From assembly GCA_963820625.1 (NCBI GenBank), contig CAWGAV010000010.1:83915-147914 (forward strand): DNA of 64,000 nucleotides. The letters run 5' to 3'. The DNA comes from an uncultured delta proteobacterium (lineage in GTDB: Bacteria > Desulfobacterota > BSN033 > UBA1163). The position numbers and the translations under genes are program-made. The first letter of the stretch is position 1; each line of letters starts with the position of its first letter. Shown here piece after piece: positions 30,229 to 40,989 of the stretch. Under the pieces are notes generated by a model. The model was not told the DNA's origin. It did no database searches and was given only the letters and a program-made list of their open reading frames with translations.

Positions 30229-32061
30229 TTAAACCGTCTCACCCTTTATAATGGTTTCGATTTGATTCCCGTCGAGAACCTCTTTTTCAAGAAGGGTATT
30301 GGCCAATTTATGGAGTATGGCCATATTCGTCTGGATGATTTCTTTGGCTCTTTCATGACCCTGGGTCACAATGCCCCTGATTTCATTATCAATTAAACGC
30401 GCCGTCTCTTCACTATAATCTCGGTGCTGAGCAAATTCTCTTCCCAAGAAGATCTGCTCTTCTTTTTTACCGAAAGCTAAGGGCCCAAGATTATCGCTCA
30501 TTCCCCATTCACAAACCATTTTCCTGGCAATTTCTGTGGAACGTTCGATGTCATTCCCCGCACCCGTTGTTTGATTGTTTAACACCAATTCTTCTGCTGC
30601 TCTTCCTCCCATCATGACCGCAATATTGTCCAGCAAGTAGTCTTTTGGATAGGTGTGTTTTTCATCAATAGGAAGCTGCTGGGTGATTCCCAGGGCGCGG
30701 CCCCTTGGGATGATCGTCACTTTATGAATGGGATCTGTTCCAGGAATCATCTTGGCCACTAAGGTGTGGCCCGCTTCGTGATAAGCTGTAATTCTCCGCT
30801 CTTCAAGAGGAATGATCATGGATTTTCTTTCCACACCCATCATGACTTTATCCTTAGCCTGTTCCAAGTCGGCCATCTCGACTCGTTCCTTTCCCAATCG
30901 AGCAGCCAGTAAAGCTGCTTCGTTCACGAGGTTCTCCAGATCAGCTCCAGTAAATCCAGGAGTTCCTCTGGCCAGGAGGGTGAGATTGACATCCTCACCT
31001 AACGGTATCTTTTTAGAGTGGACCTTTATAATTTCCTCTCTTCCCTTCACATCGGGGACAGGCACAACCACTTGACGGTCAAAACGACCTGGCCTGAGCA
31101 GAGCAGGGTCTAAAACATCTGGCCGGTTTGTTGCCGCAATCAAGATCACACCTTCGTTCGATTCGAAGCCATCCATTTCAACCAATAGTTGGTTTAAGGT
31201 CTGCTCCCGCTCATCGTGGCCCCCGCCCAAGCCAGCTCCCCGGTGCCTTCCAACGGCGTCGATTTCGTCGATGAAAATGATACAAGGAGCATTCCGTTTT
31301 CCCTGAAGAAAGAGATCACGTACTCGGGAAGCCCCAACCCCAACAAACATCTCAACGAAATCAGAACCGCTGATACTGAAGAAAGGGACATCAGCTTCGC
31401 CCGCAATCGCTCGAGCCAGAAGTGTCTTACCTGTTCCGGGGGCACCAATAAGGAGAACACCTTTAGGGATCCTTCCACCCAACTTTGTAAATTTTTTGGG
31501 ATCCCTGAGAAAGGCAATGATCTCCTCCAGTTCATCTTTCGCTTCTTCTATTCCAGCGACATTCTCAAAGGTTATCTGATGATGTTCTTTGGTCAGAACT
31601 TTGGCCTTACTCTTTCCAAAGGAGAGGGCCTTTCCACCACCGATCTGCATCTGCTTCATAAAAAAGATCCAGACACCGATCAGAATAATCATCGGAGCCC
31701 AGGTGATGATGATCTGCATGAAAGAAGTGTCACTTTCTTTCTTTGCATTGATGACCACTCGCTTCTCTCTGAGAATTTTTATCATCTCAGGGTCTTCAGG
31801 TGCATAGGTCTTATAACGTTTGCCATCTACATCTCTCCAAATCAAATTTCTACCCTGGACCTCCACTTCACGGACCTGATTTTTCTCTACCTCAGAGATG
31901 AATTCCGAATAATTTTTTTCCAAAGCTGTTGGGCGGGGTTTATTATAGAAGAGAATGAAAAGGAGATACATGGTAATGGCGATAATTGCCCAGAAGACAA
32001 GATTTTTATAAAGGGAACTCAAAAATTTTCCTCCAATGGTAAATTTAAACCAGATTAACAT
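30229..32061 (-). CDS. ftsH: ATP-dependent zinc metalloprotease FtsH
   Basis: 2 TM helices, [22 protein letters not shown]. Confidence 0.97.
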   Translation of the reverse strand: MLIWFKFTIGGKFLSSLYKNLVFWAIIAITMYLLFILFYNKPRPTALEKNYSEFISEVEKNQVREVEVQGRNLIWRDVDGKRYKTYAPEDPEMIKILREKRVVINAKKESDTSFMQIIITWAPMIILIGVWIFFMKQMQIGGGKALSFGKSKAKVLTKEHHQITFENVAGIEEAKDELEEIIAFLRDPKKFTKLGGRIPKGVLLIGAPGTGKTLLARAIAGEADVPFFSISGSDFVEMFVGVGASRVRDLFLQGKRNAPCIIFIDEIDAVGRHRGAGLGGGHDEREQTLNQLLVEMDGFESNEGVILIAATNRPDVLDPALLRPGRFDRQVVVPVPDVKGREEIIKVHSKKIPLGEDVNLTLLARGTPGFTGADLENLVNEAALLAARLGKERVEMADLEQAKDKVMMGVERKSMIIPLEERRITAYHEAGHTLVAKMIPGTDPIHKVTIIPRGRALGITQQLPIDEKHTYPKDYLLDNIAVMMGGRAAEELVLNNQTTGAGNDIERSTEIARKMVCEWGMSDNLGPLAFGKKEEQIFLGREFAQHRDYSEETARLIDNEIRGIVTQGHERAKEIIQTNMAILHKLANTLLEKEVLDGNQIETIIKGETV

Positions 32062-32254
32062 AATCTTTCTTTCATTTCAATATCATGTATTCATTCCTGA
32101 GTTACTAAAAAGGGCGACATGGGGTCACCCCATAACTTCTCAACCCATTGAAATGATTTATTAAATTCTTTTATAGGAGAGGGAAGGGCCTCTTTTTTCT
32201 TGAATAAAAGCTAAAAAATTTGTAGGCTTATGAGTAAATATTTAGGAGATTGAT

Positions 32255-32944
32255 ATGTCCGTTGAACTGTTAAGACGGTGTCCTCTTTTTGCTGGGTTAA
32301 AAGAAGAAGACTTGAAGAAGATCAGGGCCATTGCCTCCCTCAAGCGAGTTGGGAAAAAGGAGGTTCTCTTTTCCGAAGGGGAAGAGGCGAAGGGGTTTTA
32401 TGTCATCCTCTCAGGGAAAGTTAAACTCTATAAGATTTCACCAGAGGGCAAGGAGCAGATCCTCCATGTGGTCTCCGCACCAGATGCTTTTGCTGAGGCA
32501 GCTCTCTTTCTCGAAGGGAATTACCCAGCTTTTGCAGAAGCTTTGAGTGATGGTCAGCTTCTCTTTTTTCCCAAGAGAGATTTTATCCAATTGATTGGGA
32601 GGAATCCTCAACTTAGCATCAACATGATCATCTCTCTTTCTCACTTTTTAAGAAAATTTGCATCCCTGATCGAGGAACTTTCCCTCAAAGAGGTTTCCTC
32701 GAGAATTGCAAAATATCTGATCGATCTTTCATTGAAATTATCGAAAGAAGGGAAGAGCCCCAAGGAGGTTGAACTGGATTTGAGTAAAACTCAACTGGCC
32801 TCGAAACTGGGGACAATCAGTGAAACCCTTTCAAGGACTCTGGCAAAGATGAAAGCTAAAGGGATCATCGATGTAAAGAAAAATAAAATTCTCATCATCA
32901 ACCGTGAAATGTTAGAAAAACTCGCCTCGGGTTTGAAGATTTAA
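32255..32944 (+). CDS. Crp/Fnr-family regulator (Dnr/HcpR-like; no FNR Cys cluster)
   Basis: cNMP-like domain (GKVKLYKISPEGKEQIL); HTH with ETLSR recognition helix. Confidence 0.9.
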   Translation: MSVELLRRCPLFAGLKEEDLKKIRAIASLKRVGKKEVLFSEGEEAKGFYVILSGKVKLYKISPEGKEQILHVVSAPDAFAEAALFLEGNYPAFAEALSDGQLLFFPKRDFIQLIGRNPQLSINMIISLSHFLRKFASLIEELSLKEVSSRIAKYLIDLSLKLSKEGKSPKEVELDLSKTQLASKLGTISETLSRTLAKMKAKGIIDVKKNKILIINREMLEKLASGLKI

Positions 32945-33145
32945 TCTCACCTCACGATGGACCTCCGCCATCTGCCTATCTAAAAATGGCCTATAACATG
33001 GGTGCCGATAATCCCAATTCCTTTAATCGGACTCCTCTGAGGAAACGCTGGCTGTAGTAAGGTGTTTCCATACTATCTATTTTTATCTCTTTGCTGGACG
33101 AGGAAGCGTGGACAAATTGGTTGTCATCTAGGTGTGCAAAAAAAA

Positions 33146-33174
33146 TTGACAGAAATTATTGATGAACTTATAAT
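33146..33174 (+). promoter_or_regulatory. Consensus sigma70 promoter
   Basis: TTGACA(33146-51)-N17-TATAAT(33169-74), upstream of the AAGGAGG RBS of ORF 33262. Confidence 0.75.
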
Positions 33175-33261
33175 TTGATCAATCGGGTGGGGGGCCTCGA
33201 AATCTATTAATAGTGAGAATCTAGGGTACTGACTACATCGGCCACATATAAGGAGGCAAAG

Positions 33262-34872
33262 ATGGAAGGATTAGACTGTCTCATTATCCACACTCCAAAG
33301 TTTAGCAATTACTACAGACCGGTTGGGCAGTTCATGTGGGTGAATTATATGCCCCTTGGGCTGCTGGGCATTGCCGAATATCTTAACCGGAACAGAATAA
33401 AATGTCGTGTCCTCCACCAGGGTGTAGAAAAGATGAACTGTGAGTCATGGCAGCTTGAGGATAGTCTGAATTCTTCTGAGCCGCCGGTCATAGCCCTTTC
33501 ACTCCATTGGCATTATCAAGCCCACGATGTGATTGAGACGTGTAAGAAGATTCGAAAGCTTCTTCCAAATTCATACATCGTTCTCGGTGGTTCTACGGCG
33601 AGCTTCTTCCACGATGAGATTGTTCGCGACTTTGATTGTGTTGACGCCGTCATTCGAGGCGAAGCGGAAATTCCGCTTCTCGAAATCGTCAAAAAGGTGA
33701 AAAAAGGGGAGCATGACCTGAGCGGCATACCAAATCTGACGTGGAAAGCGAATAAGGGCAAGATCGTTACCAACGAGACTGTATACTGGGCTGATGAAAA
33801 AATTCTGAATGAGCTCCGATTCGCCAACATGGAGCTTCTCGAAAACTATAGGACCTATATTGATTTCGTATCGCTGCCTTTTATCGTGGTGAAGGGAATT
33901 TCGAAGGAGCTTAATTTCAAAATGTTCACAGCCCGGAGCAAATTGTTTCCCCTCTGTGTAGGCAGAGGTTGTGCCTTTGACTGCACATGGTGTGGAGGTT
34001 CTTTCACGCCACAAAAAGAACGCATTTCCCGCAGAGAAAAGGTTGCATGGCGTCCTTATGATGCGGTCATCGCGGACATCAAGCAAGCTCTCGAGTACGG
34101 CTACCAGGCGATGTATACGGTTTTCGATCCAACTCCCAATGACCAGAATTATTTTGTAGGACTTTTCAGAAGATTACGTGAAGAAGGGCTGACCAAGAAA
34201 CTCGGCTGGATGCACGAGGCTACAGGAGTGACTTCAAAGGAGTTTGTGAATGAATTTGCTGAGACATTTTCAGAAGATTTTCGTGTGATCGCCCTATCAC
34301 CTGAGACAGGAAATGAGCAGGTGAGAAGACGCAATAAGGGGTATTTCTGTTCAAATGCAGAGTATCTTGAGATGCTCGACTACATCACCTCGAAAAAGAT
34401 CAATGTTGAAGTTTTTTTCACTTATGGGATTCCGGGTGAGAACGAAGAGAAGATCAAAGATACCTATAAGATGCGGAGTGAGATCGTGAAGAAGTATGGC
34501 CGGAGAAACTGCTTGAGAGCCCTTTCTATTGAAATAGAACCGGGAGCTCCTTGGCAAATAGACCCAGATAAATATGGAATCGTGACCTCTCGCAAAACCT
34601 TTGCCGATTTCTTAAAAGCACACTCCCGAACTACTGCGGGTACCTACACCGAGTTGGGATATTACATTCCAGATTACTTTAAGGACTCCCTCGACCCAAA
34701 GGATCCGGAGGGAGATTTTGCAAATAGATTGCAAAAAATTAAGTGTAAGCACTTCTGCTTCGTCCATCCGGATGGACGAAAAACCTCCTCCCCTTTCTGG
34801 GGCAGGATGCTTTGCCGTGGGATGCGGGCTTTTCGCTTTATTACGATGAAGGGGAAGTTAAAACAATCGTAG
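33262..34872 (+). CDS. Cobalamin-binding radical SAM protein
   Basis: PLGLLGIA, VLGG.TAS, RGEAE, GRGCAFDCTWC, SPETG, GIPGE. Confidence 0.88.
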   Translation: MEGLDCLIIHTPKFSNYYRPVGQFMWVNYMPLGLLGIAEYLNRNRIKCRVLHQGVEKMNCESWQLEDSLNSSEPPVIALSLHWHYQAHDVIETCKKIRKLLPNSYIVLGGSTASFFHDEIVRDFDCVDAVIRGEAEIPLLEIVKKVKKGEHDLSGIPNLTWKANKGKIVTNETVYWADEKILNELRFANMELLENYRTYIDFVSLPFIVVKGISKELNFKMFTARSKLFPLCVGRGCAFDCTWCGGSFTPQKERISRREKVAWRPYDAVIADIKQALEYGYQAMYTVFDPTPNDQNYFVGLFRRLREEGLTKKLGWMHEATGVTSKEFVNEFAETFSEDFRVIALSPETGNEQVRRRNKGYFCSNAEYLEMLDYITSKKINVEVFFTYGIPGENEEKIKDTYKMRSEIVKKYGRRNCLRALSIEIEPGAPWQIDPDKYGIVTSRKTFADFLKAHSRTTAGTYTELGYYIPDYFKDSLDPKDPEGDFANRLQKIKCKHFCFVHPDGRKTSSPFWGRMLCRGMRAFRFITMKGKLKQS

Positions 34873-36964
34873 CATCCACAGCCACCGGTTCTCCATCAAC
34901 AATTAATAGTGGATTAACATCGATCTCCTGAATTTTTTCAAAGGTCATAGCAAGCCATCCTAACTTGATCAACCAATCAGCAAGGCTCTTCATATTGACG
35001 GGTTTTGAACCCCGATATCCTTTAAATAAAGCCTGTCCTTTTAACTCTGAAACCATGTCAAGGATGTCTTTTTGGTTTAATGGAGCCAAACGAAAAGCCA
35101 CATCCTTATAAACCTCTGCCCAAATCCCACCCATTCCGAGCATGGCGGCAGGTCCAAATTGAGGATCACGCACGATTCCTGCGATAAGTTCAAGATCACC
35201 TTTCAACATGGGCTGGACCAAAAAAGATTGAGGTTTGAGGCTAAGGTTAAGGTTAAGGTTTAACATTTCCTGATAAGCTGACCTTAATTGATCAGCATTT
35301 TGGAGATTTAGCTTTACTAGGCCCGCTTCGGTTTTGTGAACTTGTCCCTCGACGATCCCCTTGAGGACGGTTGGATAACCCATCTTCTTAGCGGCCTTAA
35401 TAGCTTCTTCCGGACTTTTTACAATCACTTCTTTAACCACATTGAGGTTGAAGGCCTTGAAACATTTTTTTGCTTCATATTCATCTAATACTTTTTTTCC
35501 TTTTTCATCAGCTTGCAGGGCCAATTTCATTAATGTGCCGGGGACTTGAAAATTGGATGATGAAATCTCCAGGGGTTTACTTCTCCCTCTATAATTTTCG
35601 AAGAGACTCGCCATCACTTTAACCGTCCGATGAATCTCATAAAAAGTTGGCCAACCTTCCTCTTCCAAAGTCAATCGAGTTGGATCCCTACCTTTTTCAG
35701 GTCCTATCAGCCAGAACAAGATGGGTTTCCGAGACTTCTTAGTACTGGACAAGATTTCTTTCATGTTCAAGGACCAGATTCCAAATCCAGCAAAAAGATG
35801 GACGATAATCCCATCCACTTCTGGGTCATCATGGAGAGCCTCAATAGCATGCTTGTAAGCTAAGACCGGGCCGTGCTTTTCCATGGCGGGATAGTAATCC
35901 ACCGGATTTTTAACGGGCATCCAGTCAGGAGAAAGCTCTTCCAGCCGTTTCTGAGTTTGGAATGATAAACGAGCTAAGGTCAGGCCATATTTTTCCATAT
36001 GATCTGTGGTGACAATCCCTGATGCCCCACTATAACTCAAGATGGCCATTCTGGGTTTTCCATTAGGAGGATGTTGCAGATAAAAATCTCTTTCGAGAGT
36101 CCGGGCAATATCCACCATCTCAAAAAAGTCATCTGCTTGGTGGATACCCGCTTGTCTCAAAACTCCCTTGATAAGATCGTAATTACCTGCCAGAGAAGCG
36201 GTGTGACTGGCTGCAGCTTCAGCACCCAGAGGACTTTTTCCTCCTTTCAGCACGACAATTGGTTTGTTCGATGAGGTCGCAAGTTCGAAGAAACGACGCC
36301 CATTAACGAAGGATTCTAAGTAGAGGGCAATGACTTTGGTATCAGGGTCTTTGAGGAGGTATTCCAAAAGTTCGGTCTCTTCGACATCGCTTTTATTCCC
36401 GATAGAGCAAACCTTGGCCAGTCCGAGGGTTTTATTGCCCATGAGAGTTGTAATGAAGCCTGCGGACAGAAGGCCGCTCTGAACGATGAGAGAGACATGA
36501 CCCCGATTCATTGTCCTTTGCCAGGCCTCCGGGATGATAAATGAAAAGACGTATTGCCTCGATGTGTCAATAAGCCCCATACAATTCGGTCCCCATATTC
36601 GCAGTCGCCCTTTCCGAGCGATGGTGAGGCATTGATCCTGTAGGGTCTTCCCTTCTGGCCCTACTTCGGCGAAACCGCTCGATTCCACAATTGCCCCACG
36701 GACGCCCTTTTTTACGCAATCTTCTAAAGCTTGGGGGACAGCCTGGGCTGGAACAAAGATCAGTGCAAGATCTACAGGGCCCTCAATATCTGACACTCTG
36801 GGATAGCATTTTAGGCCGATAATCTCATCATATTTAGGGTTGACTGGATAAATGGGTCCTTTGTAGCCGAGTGTCAGATTGGTCACCAAATAGCGACCAC
36901 CACGATTGGGTTCAGGGGTTGCGCCGACCACGGCTATCCCATTTGGTTCAAAAAAGAAATCCAT
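34841..36964 (-). CDS. ADP-forming acetate/acyl-CoA ligase (fused CoA-binding, ligase and ATP-grasp domains)
   Basis: IAVVGA, YPVNP, GPNCMG, QSG, SHTASLAG, HKTEAG, DVNPL. Confidence 0.9.
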   Translation of the reverse strand: MDFFFEPNGIAVVGATPEPNRGGRYLVTNLTLGYKGPIYPVNPKYDEIIGLKCYPRVSDIEGPVDLALIFVPAQAVPQALEDCVKKGVRGAIVESSGFAEVGPEGKTLQDQCLTIARKGRLRIWGPNCMGLIDTSRQYVFSFIIPEAWQRTMNRGHVSLIVQSGLLSAGFITTLMGNKTLGLAKVCSIGNKSDVEETELLEYLLKDPDTKVIALYLESFVNGRRFFELATSSNKPIVVLKGGKSPLGAEAAASHTASLAGNYDLIKGVLRQAGIHQADDFFEMVDIARTLERDFYLQHPPNGKPRMAILSYSGASGIVTTDHMEKYGLTLARLSFQTQKRLEELSPDWMPVKNPVDYYPAMEKHGPVLAYKHAIEALHDDPEVDGIIVHLFAGFGIWSLNMKEILSSTKKSRKPILFWLIGPEKGRDPTRLTLEEEGWPTFYEIHRTVKVMASLFENYRGRSKPLEISSSNFQVPGTLMKLALQADEKGKKVLDEYEAKKCFKAFNLNVVKEVIVKSPEEAIKAAKKMGYPTVLKGIVEGQVHKTEAGLVKLNLQNADQLRSAYQEMLNLNLNLSLKPQSFLVQPMLKGDLELIAGIVRDPQFGPAAMLGMGGIWAEVYKDVAFRLAPLNQKDILDMVSELKGQALFKGYRGSKPVNMKSLADWLIKLGWLAMTFEKIQEIDVNPLLIVDGEPVAVDATIVLTSPSS

Positions 36965-37149
36965 AAACTAATTTTCCTTCCATAAAAAACCTTCCGAGGT
37001 AATGCCCGGAGTTAATTATTAACTTATTCAGGAACAAAAGGGAAGATGGAATTGATAAATTGAAAAATTGTTGGTAAATTGGTGCCAGTCCCAACTTGAC
37101 GGCGGGAAGGAATCCATTGACATCATTTATTGAGAAAAGGGGATTTTAG

Positions 37150-38010
37150 ATGGAGATCAAAAAAGTGGGTGTCATCGGTATGGGAACGATGGGAAGTCAG
37201 ATCGGGATTGTCTGTGCCAGAGGTGGCTTCCAAACTGTTATGGTGGATCTCTCTGAAGAGCTGATAAAAAAGGGATTAAGTAATATAAAATCATTTTTAA
37301 ACAGCCAGGTTAAAAAGGGGAAAATGAAGAGTGAGGAGATGGACCAGGTTCTTTCCCTTATTAGCACGACGACGGATTTAACGAAAGCCTTTTCTGATAT
37401 TGAGTTGGTTATTGAGGCTGTTTTTGAGGATATGGATGTGAAAAAAGAGTTATTTAAAAAAATGGATGGCATCTGCCAAAAAGAAGCCATTCTAGGCAGC
37501 AACACCTCTACGCTGAGCATTACTGAGATGGGAGCAGTTACGGCCCGACCTGAAAAGTGTATCGGAACACATTTCTTGATTCCGGCAGCCCTTACTCCAT
37601 TGGTTGAATTGGTGCGGGGATTAGAGACTTCAGATGAGACTCACAAAACGATTGTTGATTTCTTTACAAGGTGCGGTAAGGAGATGGTTACCGTCTCGGA
37701 CTCTCCGGGTTTTGTGATCAATCGCCTTTATCTTCCAATGGTGAATGAGGCTTTCTATGTTTTGGAAAATTCTCTTGCCAGTGCCGAAGAGATCGACCGG
37801 TGTTGCGTGAGGGGCCTTAATTTCCCTTTAGGACCCTTGGCAGCGGCGGATGCATTCGGTTTGGATATCCTTCTCAGCTGCATGAGAACTTTCCATAAAG
37901 AATTGGGTGAAAAATATCGACCCGCTCCTCTTCTGGTTAAATTAGTCAGAGCCGGACGCCTTGGCCGGAAAAGTGGGAGAGGGGTTTATGACTATCGTAA
38001 GCAGGAATGA
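37150..38010 (+). CDS. 3-hydroxyacyl-CoA (3-hydroxybutyryl-CoA-type) dehydrogenase
   Basis: GMGTMG, IEAVFE, SNTSTL, GTHF, PGFVINR, GRKSGRG. Confidence 0.9.
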   Translation: MEIKKVGVIGMGTMGSQIGIVCARGGFQTVMVDLSEELIKKGLSNIKSFLNSQVKKGKMKSEEMDQVLSLISTTTDLTKAFSDIELVIEAVFEDMDVKKELFKKMDGICQKEAILGSNTSTLSITEMGAVTARPEKCIGTHFLIPAALTPLVELVRGLETSDETHKTIVDFFTRCGKEMVTVSDSPGFVINRLYLPMVNEAFYVLENSLASAEEIDRCCVRGLNFPLGPLAAADAFGLDILLSCMRTFHKELGEKYRPAPLLVKLVRAGRLGRKSGRGVYDYRKQE

Positions 38011-38084
38011 GAGGATATTCCCAGTCATCCTTCACTGACTACCCGATAGAGCAAGCCAGTTTCTTGGTATGACTGAGGAAGGAA

Positions 38085-39422
38085 GTGATGAGATTACTCA
38101 CATTATTCAAGAGAGAGGAGATAAGATTCTACCTGTCTCGCAGCTGGTCAGTCAGTTGGCCCTTGACATTGATCATGGTTTTTGAGTTCTTGATCGGCCT
38201 TACGGATGTCTATATTGCAGGCAGAGTGAGCAAAGAGATCCAAGCTACCTATGGTTTTGTCATTCAGCTCTATTTTATTTTTATTGTCATCGCCAATGCC
38301 CTCACCGTCGGGACAGTCTCCGTGGTTTCGAGATTATATACTTCCGGAGATAAAGCCGAATTGAGTAAAGCCGTTTTTTCTTCTCTTCTCACAGCTGCAG
38401 GGGCTGGAATTGTCCTTGCCGTAGCCGGCGTCCTTTTTAGTCCAGAAATCATCAGGTTTCTCAATATCCCTGAAGAGCTCAAACATTTTGCGATACCCTT
38501 CGTTGAAATTTACGCAACGGGTTTACTTTTTCACTATCTTCTTATCAATTGTAATGGGATCTTAAGATCATGTCAGATGGTCAAAAGATCTTTGAAAACG
38601 ATGGCTCTTGCATGCGTGATTAATATCGTTCTCAACTTCTTTCTGGTGTTCTATACTCCCCTCGGTTTCAGGGGAATTGCTGCCGCAACCGCTTCGAGCG
38701 TCTTCATAGGGAGCATGATCAACCTGGCCTATGTCAGAAGTGTCATGACCGGTGTGAAGCATTTTTCTATGGACAGGGTTAAGAAGATGATCGGTATCGG
38801 TTGGCCGATAGGATTACTCCAGGTCTTGTGGCAGCTCTCTTCGATGGTCCTTTTCTTGATTTTGAGTGCCCTACCTGAAAATAAAGTTGAGATCCTTGCT
38901 GCCCTGACAACCGGTCTCCGAATCGAATCAGCCATCTATCTTCCGGTTTTCGGATTCAATATGGCCAATGCAGTGATCGTGGGGAATTTATTGGGTGAAA
39001 AAAAACAAGAAGATGCCTTTCGGAGCGGAATCATGACTGCAGCCATTGGAGTCTTCATTGTCACGATGATGGTGATTGCGGTGATTTTAAATGCCCGGTG
39101 GATCGTTTCATTCTTATCGCCTAATGCGATCGTAATCAGGGAAAGTGTCAAATACCTCTATATCAGTATGATCAGTGAGCCATTTATGGCTTGGGGCATT
39201 ATTCTGGGTGGAGGCTTGATTGGTGCTGGGGATACCAGAAGTGTGTTGATGAGGGTTGCCCTCAGCGTATGGTTGGTGAGAATCCCCTTGAGTTATATCT
39301 TGGTGGTCCTCCTTGGGTTTGGGCCTGCTTCGGTTTGGTGGTCTATGAATCTCTCCCAATTCTTACAGGCTTTCTTAATATCTGAGAGATACTTAAACAG
39401 AGGGTGGCTGTCTAAAAGCTAA
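38085..39422 (+). CDS. MATE-family efflux transporter
   Basis: ~12 TM helices, two homologous halves, GFRGIAAAT, VGNLLG, GAGDTR. Confidence 0.88.
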   Translation: MMRLLTLFKREEIRFYLSRSWSVSWPLTLIMVFEFLIGLTDVYIAGRVSKEIQATYGFVIQLYFIFIVIANALTVGTVSVVSRLYTSGDKAELSKAVFSSLLTAAGAGIVLAVAGVLFSPEIIRFLNIPEELKHFAIPFVEIYATGLLFHYLLINCNGILRSCQMVKRSLKTMALACVINIVLNFFLVFYTPLGFRGIAAATASSVFIGSMINLAYVRSVMTGVKHFSMDRVKKMIGIGWPIGLLQVLWQLSSMVLFLILSALPENKVEILAALTTGLRIESAIYLPVFGFNMANAVIVGNLLGEKKQEDAFRSGIMTAAIGVFIVTMMVIAVILNARWIVSFLSPNAIVIRESVKYLYISMISEPFMAWGIILGGGLIGAGDTRSVLMRVALSVWLVRIPLSYILVVLLGFGPASVWWSMNLSQFLQAFLISERYLNRGWLSKS

Positions 39423-39678
39423 AAATTATATTTGATTTAATTTCTTTCCGGTAGACAGTAGGCCTTTTATCAATCCCTCCAAGCAAATTCTTAATAAATT
39501 TAGATAGTTATCTTGTTAAGATAAAACCCCGGTCCCTCCTTTAAGAATTTTTTTCTGCCAGCCCACATTCTTGACCTATTCGACGGCGCCTAAGCACTGC
39601 CCTTTAGGAAGGGGAAGAACGCACCACTCAAGGTCAAACTTGAGCAAGCCCCAGCCTTCGAGGTAGAGAGTCGAAAGT

Positions 39679-39720
39679 TTGACTTAGGTCAAGGCATTTA
39701 TTTCATTCTGAAATTATAAT
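39679..39720 (+). promoter_or_regulatory. Crp/Fnr-family box plus -10 element
   Basis: TTGACTTAGGTCAA (39679-92), 22 nt, TATAAT (39715-20). Confidence 0.75.
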
Positions 39721-39731
39721 TTAATATAGGA

Positions 39732-40121
39732 ATGTTAATGGAGGCGAGTGAAATGAGTTTAAGGAGGGTCGAATTTTCAGAGAAAGAAAAGGATGATATC
39801 CAGACATTGATGAAGTTTGTCGAAATCTACTGCCGAGAGAATCATGATGGAGAAAGGGCTCCCTTTTCATTCAAACTTTTCGATATTAAGGAGATTGAGA
39901 AGAAGGAAATCTCCCTGTGTCCGGATTGTACAAGGCTTCTCACTTATGGTCTGACCATGAGGCTGAAGTGCCCCCACAATCCTAAACCGATGTGCAAGAA
40001 ATGTGAAACCCAATGTTACCATGGTGATTATAAAGCAAAGATTCGAGAAGTCATGAAATTTTCTGGGATGTATATGATCAAACATGGGCGGGTGGATATG
40101 CTCTACCATTATCTCAGGTAA
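39732..40121 (+). CDS. YgbA / nitrous-oxide-stimulated-promoter family Cys-rich protein
   Basis: IYCRENH, LCPDC, CPHNPKPMCKKCETQCY, IREVMKFSG. Confidence 0.82.
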   Translation: MLMEASEMSLRRVEFSEKEKDDIQTLMKFVEIYCRENHDGERAPFSFKLFDIKEIEKKEISLCPDCTRLLTYGLTMRLKCPHNPKPMCKKCETQCYHGDYKAKIREVMKFSGMYMIKHGRVDMLYHYLR

Positions 40122-40137
40122 TCCCCCCTTTAGAAAT

Positions 40138-40202
40138 TGTAGCGCCCCCATTTACTGGGGGCGAGAAAGGAGATTTCGTCGGCCGTAAATGCCGACGCTA
40201 CA
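40138..40202. repeat. GTAG-type REP doublet (REPIN-like)
   Basis: TGTAGCGCCCCCATTTACTGGGGGCG...CGTCGGCCGTAAATGCCGACGCTACA. Confidence 0.65.
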
Positions 40203-40217
40203 TAAATTTTGGGGGAT

Positions 40218-40259
40218 TTGATCTAAGTCAAGGCATTATTTTTTATGGTCAATTAAAAT
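40218..40259 (+). promoter_or_regulatory. Crp/Fnr-family box plus -10 element
   Basis: TTGATCTAAGTCAA (40218-31), 22 nt, TAAAAT (40254-59); same GGCATT flank as the 39679 box. Confidence 0.72.
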
Positions 40260-40291
40260 TAGATTGTAAGGGGAAAAAAGGAGACAAGAAA

Positions 40292-40429
40292 ATGGCTGAG
40301 AAAAAAGAGATCACCTGTTTTGTCTGTCATAAAACAGAACATGAAGGTGTATTACTTCCATGCCGGAGGAATGGGCAGGATCTTTGGGTATGTACCCGAT
40401 GTTTACCCATGCTCATCCATGGTGGGTAA
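40292..40429 (+). CDS. 45-aa CxxC...CxxC microprotein (MAEKKEITCFVCHK...WVCTRCLPMLIHGG)
   Basis: Hand-translated, below the ORF-track cutoff; AAGGAG RBS; first gene after the Crp/Fnr box. Confidence 0.75.
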   Translation: MAEKKEITCFVCHKTEHEGVLLPCRRNGQDLWVCTRCLPMLIHGG

Positions 40430-40499
40430 AACAGTTAATCCCCCCATTTCTCCCTTTAGTAAAGGGGGATTAAAGGGGATTTGTTGAGGAGGAATTGGT

Positions 40500-40910
40500 A
40501 TGGATAAATATGCAAAGGCTTTTGTTAAATCGAGTCTGATCTATCTCGGAATTGGAACAATTACAGGGATATGTATGGTCTTATGGCCGGATATCCGTTT
40601 TACTGTCACGAGGGTTCACACCCATATCAATCTTTTAGGATTTATGGCGATGATGATTTATGGTGTGGGGTATCATATTCTTCCACGATTTATGGGAAGA
40701 CCGGTTTACAGCGCTCGCTTGGGTAATGCTCAAGTGTGGCTTGCTAATATGACGCTTATCGGTCTCTCCATTTCTTGGATTTTAGAAGCATCGCAGGGCG
40801 GGATCTGGCACACTTTGGCAATTTTATTCGGAATCGGTCAGGCCGTTTCCATTTTTCTCTTTATTTTCAATCTATGGAAGAGCATGGCCCCACAACCATC
40901 TGAGGGATAA
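40500..40910 (+). CDS. Small 4-TM His-containing membrane protein (heme-copper-oxidase-repeat/NnrS-like)
   Basis: VHTHINLLGF...GVGYHILPRF. Confidence 0.7.
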   Translation: MDKYAKAFVKSSLIYLGIGTITGICMVLWPDIRFTVTRVHTHINLLGFMAMMIYGVGYHILPRFMGRPVYSARLGNAQVWLANMTLIGLSISWILEASQGGIWHTLAILFGIGQAVSIFLFIFNLWKSMAPQPSEG

Positions 40911-40989
40911 AGCTAATAGTTCAGAGTCATTAGTTCGGAGTATTTAGTTTTGAGACTCCGAACTCAAAACTAAATCAGGGAGGTTTAAA

